Source of the DNA: Somniosus microcephalus
Taxonomy: Eukaryota
Direction: 5' to 3'
DNA length: 64,000 nucleotides
NCBI GenBank assembly: GCA_052327205.1
Contig: CM126206.1
Coordinates: 319,052,001-319,116,000 of the forward strand
Part shown: positions 11,596 through 24,719 of the stretch, one piece after another
Position numbering within the stretch: position 1 is the first letter of the stretch
Layout of the letters: every line of letters starts with the position of its first letter
Notes under the pieces: model-generated
Seen by the model: the letters and a program-made list of their open reading frames with translations, nothing else
What the model was told of the DNA's origin: nothing
Database searches by the model: none
Made by a program: the position numbers and the translations under genes

Positions 11596-12778
11596 GCCAG
11601 TACTGTACCCAGGTGGCTGTTTGAGAGCCTAAACAATAGGAGGAGCAGAGAAGGATTTAACAATGTAGCTTGACCCTCCCTGTGCATAGGTTATTGGGTA
11701 GCGAGCAGGTGTCCTGGATTGTCTTTTTTGCTTCCTAGTGGATGGTGCTAGGAGTTGTTGTTACTCCAGTTGAAGTTGGCTATTCTTGAGTGGGGTGTGG
11801 AAGGAAGAAAGAAAGACTTGCATTTCTGTCGCGCCTTTCACAACGACTGGATGTCTGAAAACACTTTACAGCCAATGAAGTACTTTTTGAAATGTAGTCA
11901 CTGTTGTAACGTCGGAAACGCTTGGTACCACACCATGTCGTGTATTTTCCACTTGCATGTGAGAGTGTGCGCATTTATGTTATGACACAGCTGCACTGTA
12001 TATTTAAAAAAAACTTCTGTTCTAAATAAGAACATTGTTCAATGGCTTAAAAAATGAATAGAATTCTTTACTTTGTTTTTCACTGCAGCATTACCAGTTG
12101 ATTTGTAGCAGAGTTTAAGATATTTTTGGCGGTTCTCCCTGAATTACAAGGGCTATAGGAGCTCCGTTAAATACAGAGAAAACGTTGCTAAACTGGAGTT
12201 GGTGATTAACCATGCCTGTTGTTTTTCGCAAAACCTAATCACCTTTTGCTAAAAGTCTCAGCCGGCAGTAGCAAATGGCTTTGGGGAAGAGCGGTTAGGG
12301 ATGGGAGGGAGCTAAGAAAAGTCCTGCATGTATGAAGTATGTTTATACCTGCCACTTTAATTCCTGCAGTCAACCAGACAAACTGAGACTGCTGAAGCAA
12401 ATAACTCATTTTTACTTTATTGGAAACTTAGATTCCAGCCTGGTGTCAGGTAGACCTGACCTGGATTTTTTTAGCCAGTGTGAAGCAAACCACACCGACT
12501 AATCTGTTCAGTCAGCCAGTTCCTTGTTGTAAATGCAGGAAGAGAAAGATTTTTTAACTGGGTTTGAAGGTGGGAACTATAAAATGTAACATTTGGTCAG
12601 ACAGAAGGTTTTGTTTATCATCTTATTGGTAAGCTTTAGAATCTAACTGAAATATATAATCTAGACTGGCACTCCAGTGTTGTACTGAGGGGTACTCATT
12701 TTTCTCAACTCTGGCAGAAATGTTGAAACAATAACCATCTGCCTGTTTCCTATGGTTGTGGTGGATGGTAGGTGCCTC

Positions 12779-13078
12779 TCACACACACACACTCACACAC
12801 TCACACTCACTCACACTCACTCACACTCACTCACACTCACTCACACTCACTCACACTCACTCACACTCACTCACTCACACTCACTCACACTCACTCACAC
12901 TCACTCACACTCACTCACACTCACTCACACTCACTCACACTCACTCACACTCACTCACACTCACTCACACTCACTCACACTCACTCACACTCACTCACAC
13001 TCACTCACACTCACTCACACTCACACACACTCACACACACACTCACACTCACACTCTCTCACACACACACACACACTC
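12779..13078. repeat. (TCACACTCAC)n / CA microsatellite inside an old Deu-type SINE (about 12660-13170)
   Basis: 10-bp unit; both flanks resemble consecutive parts of the SINE. Confidence 0.92.
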
Positions 13079-13204
13079 AACATCAGAAGTAGATTAACTG
13101 GTGATTTATATCATTGCTGCTTGTGGAGCCTTGCTGTATGCCAAATGACTGCTATATTTGTCTACATGAAGAACAAACAAAAACTTGTATTTGTATGGTA
13201 TAAG

Positions 13205-13390
13205 CAAAAAGGCTGAAAATAGATAACAGAAAATGCTGGGCATGCTCAAGTCAGTATGCAGTTGTGGAGAGAACAGGCAAATTGATGCTTTGGCTTTGAA
13301 TCTGCCATCAGAACTCTCGAGACCAGAACCTGAAACGTCAGCCTGCAAAGATGCTGTGTATTTCCACCATTTACTGTTTCTGTTATTTAT
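13205..13390. mobile_element. Penelope-derived short inverted remnant
   Basis: ACAGAAAATGCTGG.. on the left and ..TATTTCCACCATTTACTGTT on the right. Similar remnants at about 13870-14020 and 29630-29800. Confidence 0.5.
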
Positions 13391-16300
13391 ATAGCACCTT
13401 GCATTTCTTCCTGACGTTCCGAATGCTTTGTAGCTAGTAAAACATTTTTTGAAATGGTAGGCAATGTAACTTCCAAAAGAATTCGCTGTGAAGTATTTTT
13501 GAGATATTTGGGAGATGTAATGGGTGTTTGCATAAATGAAAGTATTTGAATTTGATCTTTGCTGTGCCAGCATAAATGATCAGCATTTATTGTCAGATGG
13601 CTCTATGATATGTTTAAGTAGGATCCCATTTTCAGATAATGGGAGTGTAAAAGGTTTGCAGATTGGTTGTGTTTTGCTTGCCTATTCTGGTTTCCCCTCG
13701 TAATGGGAAGGAAGCTTGTTTGCATGTGCCAGCAATGTAAAATATGGTACATAGCTGCAAAAATATGGTAGCTATTTTAATGTGGAATATTTTAATGTGA
13801 ATCTGGATTATGCGGCTGAGAATTGGTATAATCAATCAACTAGAAAGAAAAAAATGCTTAAACTATACAGCCAGTCTTTCAGCATCTGAAAAAAGAAAAG
13901 AACTTTTCAGGTAGATGCTCTTTGTCAGAACAGGAGCATCATGCTAAGTGAACGCACCAAAAGTATTAACCCATTTCCTTGTTGGATGTTGATTCAGTAT
14001 TTCCAGCATTTACTGTTGGTTTTTCTCTCTCTGCTACATATAAAGAAGTGTTTGTGATGTCTGTGCATGTATCTGTCAGAATTAATTGCTTGAACAAATT
14101 AAATGCAATTAGATTAGTTTTCAGGAGCCTTGTGTGGTGTAGTGTAAACAGGATAGCTGAATATTTTGCTTGTACTTAGAGCAGCAATTCAGAAACAATG
14201 GGCTTCGGTGTAAGCTGAACTTTTTGATCTTTTGGACTGGGAGTGCTCCCTTTTTGTAAACCCTAACGTGTTTGGAGAAACTACAAGAATGGTGTTCACT
14301 TCACGGTTGGACTGATTCTCAATGTTCATCATTTAATTTCAATCCTGGTGCACTTTTTCTTCCCGATAAGCAACTGGAAAGATAGTAAAATGATAGAATA
14401 CAGGTAGTCCGAACATTTGCTAATAATTTGATTTTCCTGCATTACTTTAAAAAAAATATATATAGAATTGGGTTTTGTAGTCCTAGCTGCCTTTACAGTA
14501 GAGTTTTTAAATAGATTTCAAGTTCATCCATGACTGTCTGTCTTTCATAGTTCATTTTAATAATAGTTCCCTGCTTTGCAATGTATAAAAAGCTGCAAAG
14601 TTGGTCTCTGTACAATGCCTACTTTATTTAAAAGAATTTTTAACTGGTGCCAACACCAGCAAAAGATTGTCTTTAAAGCCGTGGTTCTGGAAATGCAATC
14701 AGTATGGCATATTGGAAGGAATGCAACTTGAGTGGTTAGGGTGAGGTGTGGGGAGACTGCTGGTCCTTTGAAGTTGGTCAAATGAATTCCATATGTGTGA
14801 AGGAGTAAAGACAGCTAGCTTTGGAAGCTGGTGCAAATAGTCGGATACCAAACGTTTTTATTTTTGTACTACATCGTAATTACTTTATAGGGGCTGGGGG
14901 AACCCAAAATGAATAGCTTGAAGGTGCTCTAAAGACTGGGGAAAATGCAGTAGTGTTAAAGCAGGATGTTGGTTCTTGTCTGCTGGCTGACTTGAGTTGC
15001 TGAGGGAGACATGGTTGGTTGACAGTCATTGGAAAGTTACATGTTGTGCTGAACAAAAAAAATGCCTGTTAACCCTGTAAATGCCCAGAAGTTCAAATGT
15101 AATTAATGAAGGTGCATTTAGGATACTCTTGACAGGTGTGATTGACTTAATTGATCAGTACACTCATAGAATGATGCATCACAGGAGGAGGCCATTCGGC
15201 CCATTATGCCTGTTGGTAATTTCCTTGACTGTGCAGTGCGTTGGATAAATGTATTAAAATGATGACCTTGATTGGCGTTGACTGAAGATGTTTTCCTCCT
15301 GCACATTGGCAGGCAGGTGACCTGCTCTGGTGGGTGTCCAAGCGTTTGTCTTAGTTGGCTCCATAGGTATGTAGCATGGAGTCTCAAGGACTACAAAGTT
15401 TAAATTCATGTTTCCATTAATTTGCTGCCAATTCTAACAGCTCTTGGTTGTTCTGATTTTATAATTTAATGCCAGTGAGGCAATTGAACTGAAAATAGCC
15501 TTTTCTGAATGTTTAGGACTTCAAAATTCAGGAGCACCAGAAAATAAATGTTTTAGAACGAATGGAACTGAGTTGTCGGGGTAGGAGGGCCTCTTGTGGT
15601 TCATGGGCTGTAGGTTGGACATGTCTGTGCTGTGGTACTCTGAAACCAGCTGTTGGGTGATCTGTCATCATGCTCTTCCCTGTGCAGAAGCATTGGCCTC
15701 TAGTTGGCATGTCCCTGTGGTTTTAAGGAGGGGTGGGGTGGGAAAGAGATGGAGAGGAAAAATCTATCTTGTCCTATAAAAAACCTGTCTAGTCGGCTGC
15801 TCTGGAGTAGCACTGACCACAATGTCTGACACAAAGATAATTATTGAGATTTTCTTTTCCAGCGCATTGGTGAACAAAGTAAAGCTGAAAATATCTCCCT
15901 ACAAATGATTGCAAGCACAATGGGTACTCATGCCTCTGTTTAATTTGGCTGCTTAAATATACCTGATGTGTTTTGGTTCCCATTTTTGTGGAAAGTGTGT
16001 ACATTGTCAGACTTAACTCAGTTCATGGGGAACAGGCAAAACTGTATTGCAAACTTTCTCGGGAGTCAATTTCTGGTTTATCTGGCATGGTGTGTTCTGT
16101 GGGCAGACTAATTTCTGGGTGGTGAATAGATGCAATGCTAATTTTTAATAACACTAACCTACCATGTTAGAACATGTTTGCCTTTTTGTGCTGAAGGTCA
16201 ACTAAGGGGGTATACAGTCACTTTTGTTTTTCAAATATGTATGTGAGATCATGGCTGTCTCTACTGTGATTGCAGCGTAATTATGCTTTGAGAATCTAGT

Positions 16301-16712
16301 TTTGTTATTGAGCACACCCGGGTCAGCTCTAACCTGGCAGATGCACAGCAACGATAACTTTGAATAGCATTCCTATTGGGACAAATAACTTTTCTATTTC
16401 CCACTAACCATGCTACATCTGAGTTGCAGTAAATGGCAAATTGAATGTTTTGTGCTTAGGAACCATGTTCGCAAGTCTGGTCATTGACACTGCTAAAGTA
16501 GGAGGAAGAGAATCATTCAGGCCAGTAGTCAAGCCCAGGGCTCAGATTTAAAAGACCAGTGAACCATCCAGTCATCCCAACAAAGTGACCTGTGGCATGA
16601 AAAGTACAATTAAAGCCTAATATAACAGATTCATATGTATAAAATATTTTCCATCCATCACAAGAGTGTTTAGCAGTACATTGTGGCAGTGTTTTGTATT
16701 TATAACAACTAC

Positions 16713-16985
16713 AGTACTTGCATTTATATAGTGCCTTTAACGTAGTAAAATGCCTCAAGGCATTTCACAGGAGCGTTACCAAGCCACATAAGGAGATATT
16801 GGGACAGAAGAGGTAGGTTTTAAGGAACGTCTTAAAGGAGGAAAGAGGCGGAGATGTAAAGGGAGGCAATTCCAGAGGTTAGGGCCTCAGCAGCTGAAGG
16901 CATGGCTACCAATAGATTAAAAGCAGGGATGCGCAAGAGGTCAGAATTGGAGGAGCGCAGAGATCTCTGGGTGGGGGGCTGTAGT
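16713..16985 (-). mobile_element. L2 LINE 3' fragment
   Basis: Reverse complement of the 2477-2948 family. Confidence 0.8.
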
Positions 16986-17056
16986 GGTACTTCTAATGTT
17001 TTTGTAAGTGGTAACCTAGCATTTATTTCCAATTCCTTAAACAATTGGTGTTTAAC

Positions 17057-17390
17057 TGATGGCTCAGTTGAGAAGTGCACATCTAGTGTGGGACTGAGAC
17101 CAAGGAAGTCTGGCTTTGATTCCTTGTCTGTGCCAAGTTAGCTGGCATCAGCCAGCAGCCCACCCACAGGCCAAGCAACAAAAAATATCAGCTAGACTTT
17201 CCTGCTCTTGTTGCTGCTAGAAATGTGTGTGTGGATATCGGGCAAGGACAGGATCACTCCTATAGTGGTACAACTTACAAGCTCTCCGGGTTGATGTTTA
17301 AAGAATGGCCACTTGGCCAACTTGCTGGGAGGCTAGAGTGTTCGAAGAATCGTGCGCAGGATGAATAAATGCCTTCAGGAGGGAAGGAAA
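17057..17390 (+). mobile_element. Old tRNA-derived SINE (AmnSINE2-like)
   Basis: GATGGCTCAG head and GTGTGTGGATATCGGGCAAGGACAGGATC core. Related decayed copies near 22105-22380, 29910-30250, 47670-48280, 62200-62480(-) and 63790-64000. Family name from recall. Confidence 0.55.
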
Positions 17391-18676
17391 TTGTGTGAAA
17401 GTAAGACGCTTTCAAGTTGTTGAAATCCTGTGATGTCTTGCATTGAAGAAAATGGCTTTTTTAAGTAGAAAGACATGGTATTTGTCTGAGGTGGCAATAC
17501 CTGACTAAGAATCCTAGATTCTTCGAGTAACTGGAATTCTGGTCTCTCTACTCCTGATTCCTAAAACTGAGAGAGTAGATTTAACCATTATAATTAATTT
17601 GGAGGAAGAAAGGAAATGGATGAGACCTTGGAGGGAAAAGCTGTTTAATTCACAAACCTGTACCATGATATCCAGATTCATTTGGTAAACCCTTTTGCAG
17701 GTTTTCTTTCTTCCCTTTAGCATTTTGTTTTAACTTTGATTTCCCTTCTTGTGGTCTTTCTATACCACGCCTTCTCCCTAGCTGAGGCAAAATACAGCTT
17801 GTTAATGTGACTCCAGTCGTGTTTATTTTTGCATTGTAGCAATATTGGTTGTCAATTTTAGGAAATTAGATCAGCGTTTTGTTCCGCTTGGGGTTTGTGG
17901 AGGCCTGTCTCACATTGTTTGCTGATGGCATAAATAAGTCTCTTGTACTTCAGGTACTGGTTTAAGGCTAGTATTTGTCTAACATAACATGGAGTCAGCA
18001 GTGCTGAGTTGCAGACAGCTCGACATTGTGCTGTGGCCTAGTAATTTAAATGACTGATGACTCTACACTAAAAATGTAACTTTTATAAAAAAAAAAGTAA
18101 GTTTTCAGGGTTCCCAACAACTGGTTGTGTATAATTAGTATGAGACTAATTAATCAAGCCAATCTTTTAAAATTCATATTGTCAGTCAGCCATTATTGCA
18201 ATTGCTTTGATGCAGAATTGGTTTGAAGTTCTCATTGTGGTATTGGTGCAGGTTAGGAAATTCTTGCACCTGCAATAAGATAATTCTTGTTGCACATTTG
18301 GAAACTATGTGAAGACTTCGCAGCTTGCTTGTTATAGATGGGTGATACAATGTACTTTAAAAAAAAATTTTTTAAAGAGGACTTCGCTGCCTCGGGTGAC
18401 TCTTTAATTTCTCCCCTAAATACCTGGAATGGGCTGTAGGTCTAGGGCTATCAAACAAGTTCTTGAAAAATTAATCCCTTGATTAAAAATTTTAATCTGT
18501 AAATCTTGGTTTTAATCGCATTTGCTGCATCCAAGTTTGTTCTGTTACTGATTTTTTAATTACATGGAATTATAGAAAAACTCAAACTGAACTGTTTGTG
18601 AAGAGTACATCTGTGATACTGGAACTCAGTTTGCCTGTAGATACAAGTAACTCCTATTCAATGAACTGTCAGTTTA

Positions 18677-18975
18677 AACATAGAAACATAGAAGATAGGA
18701 GCAGGAGTAGGCCATTCGGCCCCTCGAGCCTGCTCCGCCATTCAATGAGATCATGGCTGATCATCCAAATTCAGTACCCTGTCCCTGCCTTCTCTCCATA
18801 TCCCTTGATCCCTTTAGCCTCAAGAAATATATCCGCAACTCTTGAATATATTTAATGAACTGGCCTCCACCGCCCTCTGTGGCAGAGAATTCCACAGGTT
18901 CACCACTCTCTGGGTGAAGAAATTCCTCCTCATTTCAGTCCTAAATGGCTTACCCCTTATCCTTAGACTGACCCC
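18677..18975 (-). mobile_element. CR1 LINE 3' end
   Basis: CATAGAAACATAGAA..AGGCCATTCGGCCC..AATTCCACAGGTTCACCACTCTCTGGGTGAAGAA. Confidence 0.85.
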
Positions 18976-21669
18976 ATTCCAAGTCCTTTTTAGTGCTTTG
19001 CTCCATAATACTTTAGTTTACAATTATCTTTTTCTTCCGATTGCTTTCTGTCCATGTTAACTACATTACATTTTTTTATTTGTTTGACATCAGTGTTTTT
19101 TTGAAACTTCCCCTTTTTTAAGGCTGGCTCCATGCCCAGCTTTGCCACATCCAGCCCCTCTGTCCACCCCATCCGGCCTGACATCGCTAATTGACTTCCC
19201 AACTAGGAAGGACTCTTCCCCTGCCCCCCCCCCCCCCCCCCCCAACTTCATATTGCTCCCTGACTGACAGACAACCTCCATTTTTATTTCCCTATCATCT
19301 GTTCCAGCACCATCCTCCACTAGGGGTTGGATGACTGGGAAGCGGTAGCGACAAGGGCATGCACCAAAGGATTAATTGACCGGTAAAATCAAAACATTTT
19401 ACATTTTTAATTTGGAAACACAAGAGGAAAGTTTTAAACAGGAGAGCTTTTTTGTTGACCAATATTTTCCTCAATTTGCGCAGTTGTAACGTTAAAATAT
19501 TAATTGTCTCAAAAATTATCGCATTAATTGCAGAAGATAGCTGAGACTAATTTTGCGAGCCATAACTTATTCCCTAAATACAATAATCATTAGCCTCTGT
19601 TTTGCTTTCTTAAAACCGTTCTGCAGCCATAGGCTTACTGACAGCATTTTTGTATTAAACCTAAAATGCACATTAATGGTAGATCTTCAGCTGTATTTGG
19701 TAAGATTAAATATATTGACTTCTGCAAAGTCTATTTGTAAAAGACTTTTTATGGGGTTTGCATTGGATCGTGCATTCATATGAAATCCGTTTGAACTGAA
19801 ACGTTTTCCAAGATTTTAAAGTAAACTACCTAAAATGAAATTAATCTGGTACTTTTTTTTGTCAGAGTTCAGCTTTAGGTCACTGAGGCCCTAGCTGGGC
19901 TTGCTTTGGCATGACTGAGCTGCTAGCATAGTATGTGATTCAGATTAATTGGTTTCCTGTAACCTGATTGGCTAAATTTGTAGACTGCACAGCACTTTTT
20001 GACGTGGTTTTTGATATATTTGCTTAAGCAACAAAGAACCTTGGAGGAAGTGCAGTCTGTATTAGTCTAGCTTTTCATTCATTGCCACAGTAGCTTTTTG
20101 ACTATCGTAGCATGAGTCTGGAGATACAGTAGGAAGCGAGCTGATGTACAGAAAGACCTGCGTCATTGGGTAAGTTGTACTATTGTAGAACAATGTTTGT
20201 ATCTGGTAATAGCCTGAATTTATATTTGTCGGTTTTCCCATCTTGGCAGCAGTGCTGTAATGTGAAGGGGATATTTTCTGACTGATCTTGACGTACAGGT
20301 TTACTGTTAGTACTAGCTAGGTGTTTCATTCCTTCAGGAAAGCGAGTGGATGCTTAACTCGGGAGTTCCTATGTTCTCCCTCCTTTCCTGAGGATGACTG
20401 ATGTGGGCCTAAGACTATTGTGCATGTACCTCCTTTTGTGTGAGCCGATGGGGTGACTTCCCAAATTTCAGAGCGCTTATGATTGTTCGGTACAGAGAGT
20501 ATTTGTAGCAAATATTTGGCAAAGTTAACTCAATATGGTAGTGATTTCTTTTTGCTATTAGTGAAACCTAAAGTATCAGTATAGTGTAGCTTATTCTTCA
20601 GTAAGACATCATTTTAGCTGAGAGTTTATTTTGAAAGTTGTAAGCGTTTCATCTTTTTATATAATTTGAATACATAGCTGCACCAAGGAGTAGGAGTTAT
20701 GACTAAGATCGACTAAGTAGGCAGTGATTTTGAATGGCTGACTAACATTTGTTGCAGAGGGAGTGACTAGAGTTCTTGAAATTAAATCTGTAAATTGGTC
20801 TTGGGAAGGGTGACTCATATGGGTGTGAAGCGATTTTGTGCTGCAGAATTCACAACTGCTCAATGAAACCAGATACAGTTTAGTTGACAAGAGAGATCCA
20901 AACCTGATCACCTTTTTAAAGCCAAGTGGAGAGAAATATCCCAGGGCTAACGTGGACGTGGGCTGGCTCTCCGCAGAGGTGGTAGGCTAGTGACAGCAAT
21001 TATAAACCGTGTTCTTGTGGTGAAGTAATTGTGGTGGTATTGAGGTCAGCATGATTCGTGATTTTGAAATTGAGAACTTTTGAGCTCGTCATTATGTACA
21101 TAAGTACAGAAATGTAACAATCTCCACTTTGAGAAACTAGGTCCTTGTACTCGCAGTGTTTTTTAAATTATTTGAAATTTTTTGTGTATGGATGGGCATC
21201 TTTAGGGAGGGGATTGCATGCTGGCAGTTTTGGGGTGGGGGGTGGTGGGAGACTAAATAAGGAATGTAAGGAAATCTTTCATCAATGTTACTTGAGTTAA
21301 AGTGGTATGCTATTAATAGTTTTTTTGTGAATGATGGTTTAGTATTTAATGTGTGATTAAATTACCAATTAACTTGATATGTTTGTAAAATGCCAAACTA
21401 GAAATCATCCTTTGTGGCTTTGGTTCATCTTCAAAAGGAAGGTCCCGAAACAAATCTTTTGGTCTAAGTTTGTGTGTTTTAATTGCTTTTAATTTAATGT
21501 TCTAGTCAGCTTTAATGTGGCGCTGAACCAAGACGGATGTGCGTAGTAATTAGATCTGTCTTTTTGAAAGTATAGATTTGCCACAAGGGCCACGTGGTAA
21601 GCAGTACAAAAATTGTGCCCAAATAGCGCATAAATTCAGGTTATTAACTGCTGTTTTTCAAAGTAGAAA

Positions 21670-21925
21670 TCAAATAGGAAATTCAGAAGAAACTTCTTTA
21701 CCCAGAGAGTGGTGAGAATAGGGAATTTGCTACCACAGGGAGTGGTTGACGTGATTAGTATAGATGCATTTAAGGGGAGACTAGATAAGCATATGAGGGA
21801 GAAGGGAATAGAGGGCTATGCTGATGGAGTTAGATGAGGAAAGACAGGAGGAGGCTCGAGTGGAGCATAAACGTTGGCATGGACTTGTTAGGCCAAATGG
21901 CCTGTTTGTGCTGTTAATCCTCTGT
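21670..21925 (+). mobile_element. CR1 LINE 3' end
   Basis: NREFRRNFFTQRVVR...; same subfamily as 63358-63636(-). Confidence 0.85.
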
Positions 21926-22635
21926 AAAATACATCTAGATTTCACAAGTGTGGATTAGTAATATTGGACTATCTTTTAGAGCTTGTGATACTGAGCCATG
22001 CGAAGCAAGAAAAGACAGACTTGCATTTCTATAGCGCCTTTCACGACCACCGGAAGTCTCAAAGCGCTTTACAGCCAATGAAGTACTTTTGAAGTGTAGT
22101 CATTGTTGGGAAGATCACCACTTCAATTCCTGGTCTATACTGAGTAACTGATCTTGGAATGGCAGTTGGATCACCACAGTTTTCCTCAGGATCTTTGGTA
22201 TAAGGAGGACTGAAATTGACTAGTAATTCCTGCTGGAAGTTGGGAGAGGACAGGATTGATCTTGGCCGTGATTCTCCACAGTTTGAAAACTTGCCAGTGC
22301 TTGCTGTCTGGACTTGTAGTAAGAATGGCTGCTTGAGTACCAGCGTTCCAAACACCTGTGGAACTGTCCCTCAGCATGAATCAGATGGAGAAAAAATAGA
22401 TAGGATTATAAAACTGAATCTGTCTTCTACAATCCTGTCCATTTACCTTTTTGGTGGTACAAATTTTCTGTGGAATCTCGACTGAGATGGAGAAGCTAGA
22501 ATTCATGTTTTCAACCTATTTTGTCTGAAGAACTCTGCTGTCTTGACAGCACTTGGAAGAGCGAGGAACAATGGGCATTTTAATGGTTCCTTCTGATTCA
22601 ATTACTACTGTAGCTTTCAAAAGCTCTTATAATAA

Positions 22636-24167
22636 TGTGTCCGTGACTACACAAACCACTCTGGGTCCAGGTATATTGTGTTATCAGTAAAACAGTCCGG
22701 GTACAGGTATATTGTGCATCAGTAAAACAGGTTTATTGAGCATTAAACATCCAGTACAAAGAAGTAATACTTAACAAGAAGATAGTCACAGTCTGTTCAT
22801 TGAACCCCGGCGTTCCATCCGAGTGACTGTGGCGCAAGTCTCCTGATGTATGTTGTTGTGTTCTGTTGACCGAAGCTTGCTTCCTTGGGATCTTGCTGTG
22901 TTCTGTTGACTGAAGCTTGCTTCCTTGGGATCAAACACCCCTTCCAGGTGAAACAGCGATTTACTTGTACTCCTTGCAATCTAGTATACTGTATTCGCTG
23001 CTCACGATGCGGTCTCCTCTACATTGGGGAGACCAAATGCAGATTGGGCGACCGCTTTGCGGAACACCTCCGTTCAGTCCGTAAGGGTGACCCTGAGCTT
23101 CCGGTCGCCTGTCATTTTAATTCACCGCTCCATTCCTACTCGGACCTCACCGTCCTTGGCCTCTTGCATTGTTCCACGGAAGCTCAACGTAAACTCGAGG
23201 AACAACACCTCATCTTCCGATTAGGCACTTTGCAGCCTTCCGGACTCAATATCGAGTTCAACAATTTCAGATCATAACCTCTGCCCCTATTACATTTTTA
23301 CTTTTTTTTCTCTCTCCCACATGGTAGCTGTCTCATCCTGCCAGTACACTTCGCACCTAATCTGAGCCGTCTTTTGTCTCCTACTAGTCCTATTGCCATC
23401 TCGTCTGGTTTTGAATACCTCTTAATGTCTCTTTACTTCTTTTGTTCTATCGCAACCCTGTCTTCGATCTATTTTATTTCCTTTCCAGTTTTGAAAAAGG
23501 GTTCACCCGAAACGTCAACTCTAATTTCTCTCCACGGATGTTGCCTGGCCTGCTGAGTATTTCCAGCATTTTCTGTTGTTATTTCCTTGGGATCTTGCTG
23601 TGTTCTGTTGACTGAAGTTCCTATCAATCTCTGGTTACACGGTGCGCGCTTTCGATGTTCAAAACCCGTATCTTTATACCCTTTTCCCCCTCATTTTGCC
23701 TACGTGGCAGTAATTAACCCTCTGACACCTGGTAAAAAGTCTTGCTTCCCTCGTTGGCCATCTTATGACCTTGTTGATCCCACTAGGTTTTTCTCTATGC
23801 ATAACAAAGTACCCTTATCTCAGATCTTCACTTTTCATAGAACATTTCCTAGAATGTTTCCTAAATAGTCTGTCCATCCTATAGCTGTACCAATGAAGGA
23901 TGTCTCCAACTCCTATCTCTCTCTCTAGCTCTTATCTCTTTTCCATAATATTACCAAATATGTCCCCGACAGTCTTCGTGTTTGTGCAGCACAACATTCC
24001 ATTACTTCAGTAATTTGAGGTTTTTCGTCAGGTTGGCATAATATCCCATCCTGCTTTGCTCTCAGCCATTTGCCATTTTATACAGGCTTTTAGGCTTTTA
24101 ACATACAATTTCACATTATAGTTATACAAAAATGGTTATAGAATCTTAATGTTTACTAAATCCTACA
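22636..24167 (-). mobile_element. Candidate solo LTR interrupted by a Penelope element
   Basis: The minus strand begins TGTAGGA and ends ACA, with TATAAA (about 23673) upstream of AATAAA (about 22732) and internal short tandem duplications. No clear target-site duplication. Confidence 0.35.
22933..23582 (+). mobile_element. Penelope-like element 3' part (GIY-YIG endonuclease)
   Basis: FTC..NLVYCIRCSRCGLLYIGET..RL..RFAEH..VACHFN..EQHLIFRLGTLQPSGLN; flanked by a direct TTCCTTGGGATC repeat. Confidence 0.92.
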
Positions 24168-24719
24168 GGTACACCCTATCCTACACTACCTACTTCATCT
24201 GAAGTAAGGAAAATCGGGCATTGTTAACGGTTTGTCACTTTTCTGTGGTTTTGACATGGGCCGTAATTTTATTTACTTTAATGTTAGTTAAAATACACGT
24301 CCCTAGCCTGCCACTGCGCATTAATCTGTTAGACTAGCTGAGGTGTAAACAGCCTTTCTTCCTGTGGTCTGTGGTAGGAAGTCTTGTGTGTCTGTATTGC
24401 ATCCTGTGTCGGTGAGCTAAATCAGTTGTGTGGTAGAAATCTAGAGAGTTGAGTAAGTGCTTTGTATGAACTGAAAGCAGAAATTACTTTGCTAAACAGT
24501 GATTTTTGCCTTGGAGGTGAGCTAGTTGGTGAGACTTGAATAACTGTGGCAAATTTAAAGTTGGTTCTGAGCTCAAACTGCTGTGGGGCAGTGTGGTTTT
24601 CAAGTCTCCCTTACTCCTTTTGGATATCTCACTTATTTCTATTTCTTCCACCATTTATTTAAAGTCCTTGTTATCACGGTCATCCCAAGTCCCATGGTGA
24701 GATGTTCCTTTCTATCCCT

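Noticed and set aside
12752-13216. His/Thr/Ser-rich ORFs
   Set aside because: Microsatellite translation.
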